Virus record (IMG/VR): IMGVR_UViG_3300025168_000054
Coordinates: 15,959 to 79,958 of that record
Source: a virus
DNA length: 64,000 nt
Direction: 5' to 3' (one strand)
How positions within the stretch are numbered: position 1 is the first letter of the stretch; each line of letters begins with the position of its first letter. The position numbers were made by a program, and so were the translations under genes. This document shows, piece by piece, positions 55,430-63,871 of the stretch. Below the pieces are notes generated by a model. The model ran no database searches. It worked only from the letters and a program-made list of their open reading frames with translations, and was not told where the DNA came from.

Positions 55430-56563
55430 TCACTTCCAGTCGCTGGCGGTCGTGTGCTGACCGCGGCGGAAGTTCACGTTGTCGGCCGTTGCGGCCTGCG
55501 ACTCGAGCCCCTGAGCGGTCAGGGCGCCCCGTGCGGATCCTCCCTTCTCGGTTGCTTCGAAGAGTGCCGCCTCCGCGGAGATCTTGCCCCCGACGGCGTC
55601 GGTGATGGACCGCAGCACGCGGCGTGCCATATCACTATCTACCTCAACCTTGCGGACGGCGTAGTCCGCGCCGCTGACAGCGGGGCACACGAGGGTGGGG
55701 CGGCTGCCCTCCCTCATGTCTCCGAGCTTGGTATCCTTCACGATGCCGGCGGCGGCGATGATCTCGGCGCAATCCGCGAGGGAGAGGAACTCCCCCACGG
55801 CCCAACCGCTGGCGGTTGGGGTCGCGGCGTCAACGCCCTTGCGGGAGATCTTGAGCTTCTTGCCCGTGAGGGTCCAGGTTGCGCAAGCCTTGGAGAAGGC
55901 GCCCTTCTCGATCCACGGCCCCGCTTTCGCGGGACCCGGCCGGTAGACCGTGCAGCGCTGATCGTCAATGACGACGCGACGGTCAGTCTTGTCGGCGTTG
56001 TCGTCCGCCATGAGGCGGATGGTCTCATCGTAGGAGTCCGTTTCCAGGTAGACATTCTGGAGCGGGTGAATCACACTTCGGATCTTGCCGATCGGTGCGG
56101 GTGCGGCATCGGGGCTGGCAGGCATGGGGCTGGCGATGCCCTCGGCGTAGCCGAGGATCGCGCCGAGCATCCGCTTGACGTCATTCCCGGAAGGGAAGAC
56201 GGGCACGGAAGGCTTGCCACTATCGGGCTTGGGCTGGGACCACGCGCCGGGGCGCTTCGCAGCGTCGATGTCGCGCCACGCCGCACGGGCGGAGCGGAAC
56301 ATATCGGCCACGGCGTCCGGGCTATCGACCATGGAGGGCAAAGCCCTGCCGGCCGTATGCGCGGTCATATCGTCGGCGACCAGGGCGACGACGCCGGCCT
56401 TGATGAAGGTGGTGTCATCGGTGATCGCCGACCACACGAGGGGCGCCGTCACGGCGTCCGCCGACACAGCCGCGCCGATGGCGGGGCTGGACGGGAGGAC
56501 GAGCGTCTCGGTGGTCTCGGTGGTCTCGGTTGCGGTCTCAGGGTTGATCGTTGCGTTGATCAT
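55430..56563 (-). CDS. Hypothetical protein, first gene of the early region
   Basis: RBS GGAG before MINATINPE; ETT repeat. Confidence 0.7.
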   Translation of the reverse strand: MINATINPETATETTETTETLVLPSSPAIGAAVSADAVTAPLVWSAITDDTTFIKAGVVALVADDMTAHTAGRALPSMVDSPDAVADMFRSARAAWRDIDAAKRPGAWSQPKPDSGKPSVPVFPSGNDVKRMLGAILGYAEGIASPMPASPDAAPAPIGKIRSVIHPLQNVYLETDSYDETIRLMADDNADKTDRRVVIDDQRCTVYRPGPAKAGPWIEKGAFSKACATWTLTGKKLKISRKGVDAATPTASGWAVGEFLSLADCAEIIAAAGIVKDTKLGDMREGSRPTLVCPAVSGADYAVRKVEVDSDMARRVLRSITDAVGGKISAEAALFEATEKGGSARGALTAQGLESQAATADNVNFRRGQHTTASDWK

Positions 56564-57269
56564 GGCGGTATCTCCACTGTTGTTGTAGGTACCCAGAATG
56601 GGCATATGGGGCGTGGTTAGGGTGCGGCCGGAGCCCCCACTATGGAGAGCCCCGGCCGCGCCTCGATACCGCACACGATCGGCGTTGATCCGTTCGTTGC
56701 GATTCTTGATCTACCAGCGTTTCATGCTGGCGGCTTGGTTTCACGTCTTGCGACTGGCAGTGATATCCGCCGACACACTCGATAGCGTCGCGCGTCCCGG
56801 TCCCCGTATGGCGCTTCCGATCCGTTGCGATCCCTTGGGATTATGCGTGGTCGGTTGCGCCGGGTAGGTACCTCCTCGGAGGTACGCGGCCGGTCAGCGT
56901 TCGTGCGTAGTGCGTCGGCTATCCGTCGCTCAGGTTAGAACACCCAATAAGCCAGGGTGTCGCGCCGCTACCATCTCCGGGGGTCGTCTCCGGGTTGATC
57001 TCTACCATCATTGCGCGGTCTATGGTTGGGATGCACGGGGCGGCGTCTCACGACGGTACCCCGTACACCTGGAAGGGCGGCGCATTCTGGGAGAATGGGT
57101 TGCGGTTTGCATGCGTTGTCAAAGACTCAGGAGAAGCACTCGGTCCCACCGTCAATCCCCCACATAGGGGCGATGGGATGGCGGCGCGTTTTCTACATTG
57201 AACTCCGGGGTGGGTGACGTTGACAGTATAGCGTGCGGCGCCGTGCCCCCCCGACCCGACCCTGGTTTT

Positions 57270-57287
57270 ATAACGAACGTTCGTTAT
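57270..57287. promoter_or_regulatory. Perfect 18-bp palindrome ATAACGAACGTTCGTTAT (operator-like)
   Basis: Exact inverted repeat in the divergent non-coding region. Confidence 0.6.
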
Positions 57288-57391
57288 CAGCACGGCGCGG
57301 CACGCGACCCCCCACCAGCCAAAAACAAAATGTTAGGGACCCACTATAGGGGGGGCCCCTTTTCAATCGGAGCCGGTTTTCAAAAACAGGT

Positions 57392-57401
57392 GTGTTACAA
57401 T
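57392..57401 (+). promoter_or_regulatory. Extended -10 promoter-like motif GTGTTACAAT
   Basis: Upstream of ATG 57436. Confidence 0.5.
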
Positions 57402-57435
57402 CGTGTGCGTGTTACGCGTCTTCGGGAGACTATCC

Positions 57436-58071
57436 ATGCCATCGACGATTCGGTTGAGTTTGAAGTTGACGGAGCAGCAGGCTGCTGCACTTGACAGCGT
57501 CAAGACTGACCTTAGAAACGACTCCAAGGTTCAGGCATTGGGCGGCGAGGTCACCGACCATACGGCACTTAGATACATCCTTTACGAGGCCTTAGACGGT
57601 CGGGTGTATTCGAGTCGGACGTATGAGCCTGAGGAGCTTCCGTTGTTCGTGGCTCACGCGGAGGAGTCCTTGGTCGATTCCGCGGTGGAGGCTGTGGATA
57701 TCGGCACACCTGAGCACGATAGCCCTGAAGAGGATGTTATTCCTGTGAAGGTGTACAGTCGGCCCCACGATTGGATCTACTCGGACGATAGTGAGTGGGA
57801 TTTCCCTGAGTCTCAGGCGGAGATGCACACGTACTACGAGAATGCGGGCTGGCTTCGTGTTGCTGCGCCTTTGGAAGATCGCCTTCTTCAGTTCTACTGG
57901 ACGCCGGACGGTGCCGAGCAGGGACTGGCGGTCTTCTCTGGTCGAGACAGCTATCGTCGCGTGGTCGTGTCTCAGCGTTCGCCGGACGTGGGCGTAGCGC
58001 ATATGATTCCCGAAGACTGGGACGAGCCTCGCACGGCTACTGGCGACATCGGCATGTGGTCACCTGGTTGA
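57436..58071 (+). CDS. Hypothetical protein with a possible N-terminal ribbon-helix-helix domain
   Basis: IRLSLKLTEQQAAALD...ALRYIL; RBS GGGAG. Confidence 0.6.
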   Translation: MPSTIRLSLKLTEQQAAALDSVKTDLRNDSKVQALGGEVTDHTALRYILYEALDGRVYSSRTYEPEELPLFVAHAEESLVDSAVEAVDIGTPEHDSPEEDVIPVKVYSRPHDWIYSDDSEWDFPESQAEMHTYYENAGWLRVAAPLEDRLLQFYWTPDGAEQGLAVFSGRDSYRRVVVSQRSPDVGVAHMIPEDWDEPRTATGDIGMWSPG

Positions 58072-58084
58072 CGAGGGAGCTCCG

Positions 58085-58387
58085 ATGGTAGGGTTTGCGA
58101 ACTTGGGAGAGATCATGGCGTCGCGAGAAGACGAGCCGCAGGCCCCTCAAGCACCCCAGGTCGTGGCGGTCCCCGGCAAGAACGCCCCCGCAGGCCACTG
58201 GGGCTGCTACCTGTGGCAGACGAACCCTGGGTCGTGGCAGGATGTCGCAGATGCGCTCGAGCAACCGTTCGACGTGCTGTACGGTCTTGCGATGGACTAC
58301 TGCTGGGCCGTAGATTTCGACTGGCCGCTGCAAAAGCAGGTCGGAGAGCGCCGCGTTGTGCGCGAGTTCATCCGAGGAGCGCCGTGA
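58085..58387 (+). CDS. Hypothetical protein
   Basis: GTGA-coupled to the next gene. Confidence 0.65.
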   Translation: MVGFANLGEIMASREDEPQAPQAPQVVAVPGKNAPAGHWGCYLWQTNPGSWQDVADALEQPFDVLYGLAMDYCWAVDFDWPLQKQVGERRVVREFIRGAP

Positions 58388-58800
58388 GGGTCGTTTTCTA
58401 CGGCGGTCGGCACTTCAACAACGTCTACAAGCTGTACGAAGCCTTCTACATGCTGTACCGGGGACGCGGAATGGCCGAAATGTACGTCACAGACGACTTT
58501 GGGGCCGCTGAGCTGCTGATTTCGTACGGAAATGCGGCGGATTTGGACGTTCACTCCATCCCTGCGCCCTGGTTGATGCACGGTAGGGCGGCAGAGAGCC
58601 GTCGCAGGCGCACATTGCTCGAATCGGCGCCCGATATGGTCGTATTGTTGCCGGGCGGGCGCGATGTGGAGAATATGGAGGCGGCAACGGCGGCTGCGGG
58701 GGTCCCAATCTGGGATTTGCGCGAACTTCCGTACGTCAACCTGGGTGACGGCACCCAGATTGGCGAATACGAGCAACCCTGCGACGAGCTGCTCTTCTAA
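58384..58800 (+). CDS. Degenerate YspA/SLOG (DUF2493-like) protein
   Basis: VVFYGGR...APW..HGRAA...PDMVVLLPGG...M...AAGVP. Confidence 0.65.
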   Translation: MRVVFYGGRHFNNVYKLYEAFYMLYRGRGMAEMYVTDDFGAAELLISYGNAADLDVHSIPAPWLMHGRAAESRRRRTLLESAPDMVVLLPGGRDVENMEAATAAAGVPIWDLRELPYVNLGDGTQIGEYEQPCDELLF

Positions 58801-58827
58801 AAGGGCCGCGCATATGATTGTCGCCCA

Positions 58828-59463
58828 TCAGATGTCTTCCGGCGGCGTCATGTTGTCGGTCACGTCGTACATGTCGAGGGGAGATTCCGCGAACAGTCGG
58901 CGGCGCCCGTCTTCGTAGTCAAACACGTGGACGTTCGCACCGGTCTCATCGTCGGTGTACTGGAAATGCTCTCTGATCCCCAGGTCCTGCGGCTTGAGCA
59001 TGTGCTCGTTGAACGCCTTGGACACTCTGTCCTTGTAGTCGTCGGGCGTTGCCTTGGGAAAGACAAATGGGTTGATCTTCTCGCGGACCATGCTGTCGCT
59101 GATGAGGTCGCGTTCGATCTCATCCCCGGTTCTCATCGAAGGCGGTGGTTCGCCGGAGACCTGCGATTGTATGAGACGGCCGAGGTTTCTCGATCGCACA
59201 ACTTCAGTACGGTCGATGATTTCATCGTCGGTCAACGGCTTGGGTACAAACCCTCGGGGAGGACCCGATGCGCGGGCTTTCGACGCATTGGGCCCGAGCA
59301 TCTCCAGGTTGTAGCCGTACGGAGTTTCCGTGGTTGTCGCGACCGTGCCGCTATCGTACGTGGTCGTACCCTCCTTGAGTCGGGGGTTCAGACCAACCGT
59401 AAACTCGCTCGCCATCTCATCTTTGAGATTGGCGCACGCGTCACCTGGCGAGTAGTTTTTCAT
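58828..59463 (-). CDS. Hypothetical protein
   Basis: TGATG-coupled to the upstream gene. Confidence 0.7.
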   Translation of the reverse strand: MKNYSPGDACANLKDEMASEFTVGLNPRLKEGTTTYDSGTVATTTETPYGYNLEMLGPNASKARASGPPRGFVPKPLTDDEIIDRTEVVRSRNLGRLIQSQVSGEPPPSMRTGDEIERDLISDSMVREKINPFVFPKATPDDYKDRVSKAFNEHMLKPQDLGIREHFQYTDDETGANVHVFDYEDGRRRLFAESPLDMYDVTDNMTPPEDI

Positions 59464-59834
59464 CAGGTGATGAGGATTCGCGTCTGCAGAGTAGTCGACG
59501 GACCAGTGCTGCCGGAGTTGCCCGCGGCGTTGGATCCGATGTACAGAATCCCGAAGTCGATGGTCAGCCCGAGGGGAATCGTGTACATCCTCGTGCTGTT
59601 TCCTGGCGCGTAGAAGATGTAGTGTGCGGCGTTTGTCCCGCTGGCCTTACCTGAGGTCGCGTCCCAGATACGGAGGTATGCGTCGCCCGACCCTGCGCTG
59701 TTGTCCAGGTAGACGGCGAAGATGGTAGTCCCCCCCGACTTCCCCAAAATTGGTGACGTGCCGCCGACGACGTTGGCGTCGGAGATTTCGTTGCCGGCGA
59801 GATTGCCCGGAAGTACGCGATTAACAAGGCTCAT
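59463..59834 (-). CDS. Small beta-rich virion-like protein (paralogue of 59838-60209)
   Basis: Shared LDNS...Y/F...G..T..D/H....GL pattern. Confidence 0.6.
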   Translation of the reverse strand: MSLVNRVLPGNLAGNEISDANVVGGTSPILGKSGGTTIFAVYLDNSAGSGDAYLRIWDATSGKASGTNAAHYIFYAPGNSTRMYTIPLGLTIDFGILYIGSNAAGNSGSTGPSTTLQTRILIT

Positions 59835-59837
59835 AGT

Positions 59838-60209
59838 TCAGCTCCCCACGAGAAGGGTGGCAGCGGGTTGGCCGGGCCCCACGTTGTTATCGTCGGCTTC
59901 GTCTGCCGTCGCTCGGATGGTCACGGCCGTAGTGAACGACAGGCCATCTGCGATAACGACGGTTGTGCGGGTAGACTGCTCAACCCGAATGACGAGGTCC
60001 GGTAGAGTGCTCCCGGCGGTGGCTGACAACGCATTGTAGAACTTGAAGAAGGTGTTGGCCCCTGTGTTCTGGGAGTTGTCCAGAACCAGCGAGTGGAGCG
60101 AGACCGCACCGTCAAAAAGGTCGGCAGTACCTACGTGGTTTGTGACGGTTTCCTTGGCAATAATGTCAGGGAAATCGGAGGTACCGAGGGGCGTAGTGGT
60201 CAGGGCCAT
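59838..60209 (-). CDS. Small beta-rich virion-like protein
   Basis: Thr/Ala-rich; RBS AGGAG. Confidence 0.6.
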   Translation of the reverse strand: MALTTTPLGTSDFPDIIAKETVTNHVGTADLFDGAVSLHSLVLDNSQNTGANTFFKFYNALSATAGSTLPDLVIRVEQSTRTTVVIADGLSFTTAVTIRATADEADDNNVGPGQPAATLLVGS

Positions 60210-60236
60210 TTAGAGTTCTCCTGCGCGGGCAGCTTA

Positions 60237-60536
60237 TCAGCCGCCTGTTGCCTTTGTCACGGTCTTCTTGTTGCTCCAGGTAGCCTGGCAAGACCAGTAA
60301 CGAGCCTTGTGTTTAGGGCCTGGGTTGTCGCAGTTGTGTCGTGCCCGGAAGTTCTTGCGTCGCTTGGGGTCGTCACGCTTGATTTCCATGTTGGCGTCCC
60401 CGAAGGTCACCTTCACGACGTTGCCGTTCGGCTTCTTCACGAACACGACGAACTTCTTCCGTCCGTAGGAAGGTTCGCCCTTTCGGATGCGCCTCGGCTT
60501 GTTGAGCGCCGGAGTCTTTTTCTTCTTCTCGGCCAA
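60237..60536 (-). CDS. Conserved basic phage protein (KKF.V...FGD..M.I....P.RRK.FRARH.C...ARYWSC family)
   Basis: Motif recognition; TTG start after GAGG. Confidence 0.8.
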   Translation of the reverse strand: MAEKKKKTPALNKPRRIRKGEPSYGRKKFVVFVKKPNGNVVKVTFGDANMEIKRDDPKRRKNFRARHNCDNPGPKHKARYWSCQATWSNKKTVTKATGG

Positions 60537-60583
60537 AACGCACCTCTGCTGAGGGACAATAACACACAAGCGCCGATGGTAAG

Positions 60584-61558
60584 TCAGTCTCCCAGCAGGT
60601 AAGCCCAGATTAGCGGCGCAACAATGGTGGCGTCTGACTCGATCATAAACTTCGGGGTGTCGACATCGAGTTTGCCCCAAGTGATTTTCTCGTTGGGTGG
60701 CGCTCCTGAGTATCCGCCGTAGCTGGTCACAGCGTCACTGATCTGGCAAAAGTATCCCCAGAAGGGCGTCGATGTCTCTTTGAGGTCTTGAATCAATGCG
60801 GGCACAGCGCAGATGGCGAAGTCTCCTGCAATCCCGCCACCAATCTGAAAGAAACCAACGCTCGGAGTACCGTTGAGATCTTTGGTCTGCTGCTGGTACC
60901 ACTCTATCAAGCGAACCATCTGCTCTGTGCCTGAGACCACAGACGTATGACTCTGTAGGTTTCCTTTGAGTGCAGCGACAGCGAACATGTTGCCGCAGGT
61001 GCTGTCCTCCCACCCCGGCGTAAACACAGGGACACCGCAGCGTGACGCAGCGAGCAGCCAGCTGTCTTCAGCCTGTTGGAAGTGACGCTGCACTTCGGGT
61101 AGTGCCAGCACACTCTGAAGATGTTCCGCGGGAAGGGCTGAGCGTCCCTCTTGGTCGAATGCTTGCCAGCGTGCCAGAAGTTTTTCTGCCAAGCGGCGCA
61201 TCACTGTCTCGGGAATGCACGTGTCTGTCACGCGGTTCATGCCCTGCTCGTAAAAAGCACGGTCTTGTTCAGCCGACAGTGCTCTCCAGTTTTCGATCTC
61301 AACGTACGTGTCTCCCTCCAAGAGAGCGTAGGCATCTTCCTCTAAGTTCGCTCCCGTGCAGCAGATTCCATGCACTAAACCAGCGTCGAGCGCGCGCGAT
61401 AAGATTCGACCAATCCGAGCAGTGGACATCGCTCCGGCCAATGTCACAAACATCTTTCCGCCCGCTGTGATGTGGGCTTCGTAGGCTCGTGCAGCTGCTC
61501 GAACTTGTCGAGCGTTGTAGTGTAGATAGTGTTGGTCGACAAAGTCGCGTACTCTCAT
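60584..61558 (-). CDS. Deoxyhypusine synthase-like protein (bacterial type, SpeY/homospermidine-synthesis candidate)
   Basis: TLAGAMST, TGANLEED, NRVTD, PGWEDS, IGGG, YSGAPPNEKITWGK with the catalytic Lys, ESDATI. Confidence 0.92.
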   Translation of the reverse strand: MRVRDFVDQHYLHYNARQVRAAARAYEAHITAGGKMFVTLAGAMSTARIGRILSRALDAGLVHGICCTGANLEEDAYALLEGDTYVEIENWRALSAEQDRAFYEQGMNRVTDTCIPETVMRRLAEKLLARWQAFDQEGRSALPAEHLQSVLALPEVQRHFQQAEDSWLLAASRCGVPVFTPGWEDSTCGNMFAVAALKGNLQSHTSVVSGTEQMVRLIEWYQQQTKDLNGTPSVGFFQIGGGIAGDFAICAVPALIQDLKETSTPFWGYFCQISDAVTSYGGYSGAPPNEKITWGKLDVDTPKFMIESDATIVAPLIWAYLLGD

Positions 61559-61671
61559 TCAATCCTCCTGCCAGGCTCTACACGGGGTCCATACTTCTTA
61601 GGGGCAAAGGCACCCTGCTTGGACTAATCTTCGACGCGTAGATCTTTACTTTAAAGCTGCGAAAGAGAGTA

Positions 61672-62667
61672 ATGCAAGATTTCGATCCGAACAACGCTGC
61701 GTCTACAGAAGGTCTGTTTGGACTGTCAGACGAGCAGCCTGCGCTTGTGCGGGTGCTCCCTGTGCCTATTGACGCAACCGCGAGTTTTATGCGTGGAACG
61801 GCTGACAGTTGGAAGTACATCTTGCGCGCAAGTCATCAGGTTGATCTCTTTCATCCTCACGTTGAGTCTCCGTGGCGAGAAGGCATCGTGTTGGAAGATG
61901 TGCCGTCGAACCTTCGACAGCTAAACACAGAGGCGTGTGCGTTGGTCGCTGCGGCGAGATCCGGCGCAGCTTGCACCGACGAGGTCAACAAGATCGGGGA
62001 GACGGTTGCCGACGAAACTGAAAGGTTTGTCTCTGCAGCCTTTCAACGCAATGAAATACCTGCCATCTTGGGCGGTGACCACTCAGTGCCCTTCGGCGCT
62101 CACAAGGCTGCTGTCGCTCAGTTCGCTGAGCTGGGTGTCCTTCATATCGACGCACATGCAGACCTGAGACCGGCCTATGAAGGCTTCACGCACAGCCATG
62201 CGTCCATCTTTCACAACACCCTGAGTTTGGGAATCTCATCTCTCGCACAGGTCGGGATTCGAGACCTGTGTGAACTCGAAGCCCAGCGACAGCGCAACGA
62301 TCCAAGGATTCATACTCTGACTGATTTTGATATTGCCGACACCAAAGCACGTGGCGCAGACCTTAAAGAGCGTTTCGTAGACCTGGTAAAAACACTGCCT
62401 GAGTCTGTGTGGGTCTCGGTCGATATCGACGGACTTGATCCCTCGCTATGTCCCAATACCGGTACGCCAGTACCCGGTGGACTAAGCTGGCGTGAGTTCC
62501 GTGTTTTGATGCAGGCATTGGGGGAGTCAGACAAAAATATCGTAGGGTTCGATCTTTGCGAGGTTGGGCCTCATCCGTGGGACGCTAATGTCGGCGCACG
62601 GGTCTTGTTCGAACTGTGGTGTTGGAGTGTGAGCTCTTATCGAAGACGCTCGCAAAACCACGCATGA
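61672..62667 (+). CDS. speB: Agmatinase (ureohydrolase family)
   Basis: GGDHS, HIDAHAD, SHAS, GIRD, SVDIDGLDP, TGTPVPGG; Mn ligands intact. Confidence 0.92.
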   Translation: MQDFDPNNAASTEGLFGLSDEQPALVRVLPVPIDATASFMRGTADSWKYILRASHQVDLFHPHVESPWREGIVLEDVPSNLRQLNTEACALVAAARSGAACTDEVNKIGETVADETERFVSAAFQRNEIPAILGGDHSVPFGAHKAAVAQFAELGVLHIDAHADLRPAYEGFTHSHASIFHNTLSLGISSLAQVGIRDLCELEAQRQRNDPRIHTLTDFDIADTKARGADLKERFVDLVKTLPESVWVSVDIDGLDPSLCPNTGTPVPGGLSWREFRVLMQALGESDKNIVGFDLCEVGPHPWDANVGARVLFELWCWSVSSYRRRSQNHA

Positions 62668-62691
62668 ATACTTTATTGCGACTCTGAATGG

Positions 62692-63075
62692 TTACTCAGC
62701 AGCGGTTACCTGCAGTGTATCGACGAGAAGGTCCCTCACGGCGGAACACTCAGGGCGCTGTGCCGTTGACTGGCCGTACTGGAGACAGCTGGCCCACTGG
62801 CACTGCACGCTCATGGGGTCGCCGCCCATTTTCGTCCGGCACTGCACGGGAATCTCTGCCAGAGTGGCTTTGATTTCAGCGTCAATGACAACGGGCTTGC
62901 TGGCTTCGACCAGAATCTCGGTCTGTCCGTCGAGGATGGCGTCGATGCTCTGTGCTTGCGCCTCAAGGGCCTTTGCAGCGCCGTCAGGCTTAAGGCCCCA
63001 CCCAGCGCCGAAGCCTGCGCCGACGCTGACGACAACCGCAATGACGGTCAGAGTAACGGGGTCCATCTTAGTCAT
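62692..63075 (-). CDS. Membrane-anchored lysis-cassette protein (spanin-like?)
   Basis: N-terminal TM helix and four Cys; follows the holin-like gene. Confidence 0.45.
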   Translation of the reverse strand: MTKMDPVTLTVIAVVVSVGAGFGAGWGLKPDGAAKALEAQAQSIDAILDGQTEILVEASKPVVIDAEIKATLAEIPVQCRTKMGGDPMSVQCQWASCLQYGQSTAQRPECSAVRDLLVDTLQVTAAE

Positions 63076-63271
63076 CCTTGCTGATGCTCTTGGGCGCAGC
63101 GAGGCCCTTGGCGGCTTCGCCTGCGATGAAGGCGATGGTCACCCACATCCACGCTTCGTCACCGATCTTGCCGTAGAAGCACAATCCTGTGCCTACGGAC
63201 CACGCGAGGAGGCGCCGGTAACTGATCTTCTTCACGGGGTCGAAGAGCATGTCAGTCATTTTGGTGATCAT
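63068..63271 (-). CDS. Putative holin
   Basis: 67 aa with two hydrophobic segments and a charged tail; TGATG-coupled to the amidase. Confidence 0.6.
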   Translation of the reverse strand: MITKMTDMLFDPVKKISYRRLLAWSVGTGLCFYGKIGDEAWMWVTIAFIAGEAAKGLAAPKSISKDD

Positions 63272-63870
63272 CAGGTCCCCCACGCGATGCAAGCATTCGC
63301 AAGGATGTAGCCCAGCAGCGCCAGACCATCGTGGTCCAGGTACTTCTGGTGGTCTTCGTTGTCCATGAACACCGGCTCGAAGCACACCCCGCTTAGATTT
63401 CCAGGGCCGGCGTAGATCCCCTTCACAGTGTAGTATCCATTGGTCCACTCGTCGGGGCTTGCGGCCCGGACCAAGTGACGGCTGATCTCGGGGAGCTGCG
63501 CGCTCATCTCGGTCGCGACTGCCTTCGCCAGGTTCTCTCCGCCGTGGCTGCGATAGTCGTGCAGAGCAAGGGAGTATGACCCGCCACCCGCGTTTAGGTG
63601 ACACGCAACATATGCGCACATGTCGTCGGGGTGCGACATTGCGATGCCGATGGCCTGCTCATGCCGGTCGCTGTACCAGCCCGAGTCGAGCACGTAGACG
63701 GTGTGTCCTTCTGACTCAGCCATTTCCTTAGCGGCGTTGATGTAGAGCGGCGTGAGGTTGGCTTCACGTTCGTCGAGCTCGACTTTTCCGTCACCGTCGA
63801 GGTCAGCTCCGGCCCCCAGGTCGTTCTGCCCAGGCTTGCCGTAGTGCTGCCTATCGAGAATGAGCACCAT
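63271..63870 (-). CDS. Endolysin, N-acetylmuramoyl-L-alanine amidase (Amidase_3)
   Basis: ILDRQHYG, E, ACHLNA, CFEPVFMDN zinc/catalytic motifs. Confidence 0.85.
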   Translation of the reverse strand: MVLILDRQHYGKPGQNDLGAGADLDGDGKVELDEREANLTPLYINAAKEMAESEGHTVYVLDSGWYSDRHEQAIGIAMSHPDDMCAYVACHLNAGGGSYSLALHDYRSHGGENLAKAVATEMSAQLPEISRHLVRAASPDEWTNGYYTVKGIYAGPGNLSGVCFEPVFMDNEDHQKYLDHDGLALLGYILANACIAWGT

Positions 63871-63871
63871 T

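Noticed and set aside
52042-56620. Long plus-strand ORFs (401 aa at 52042, 432 aa at 55322) and similar antisense ORFs elsewhere
   Set aside because: Shadow frames of high-GC minus-strand genes; no RBS and Arg/Gly-rich non-protein-like composition
31264-62667. Putrescinyl-thymine or Z-base DNA hypermodification pathway
   Set aside because: No dUMP hydroxymethylase, 5-hmU DNA kinase, aGPT-PPlase, PurZ or dATPase is recognisable in the window; kept only as an open possibility under the polymerase finding
60584-62667. Host chromosome flank marking a prophage boundary
   Set aside because: Phage genes continue on both sides and no integrase or att-like repeat is seen
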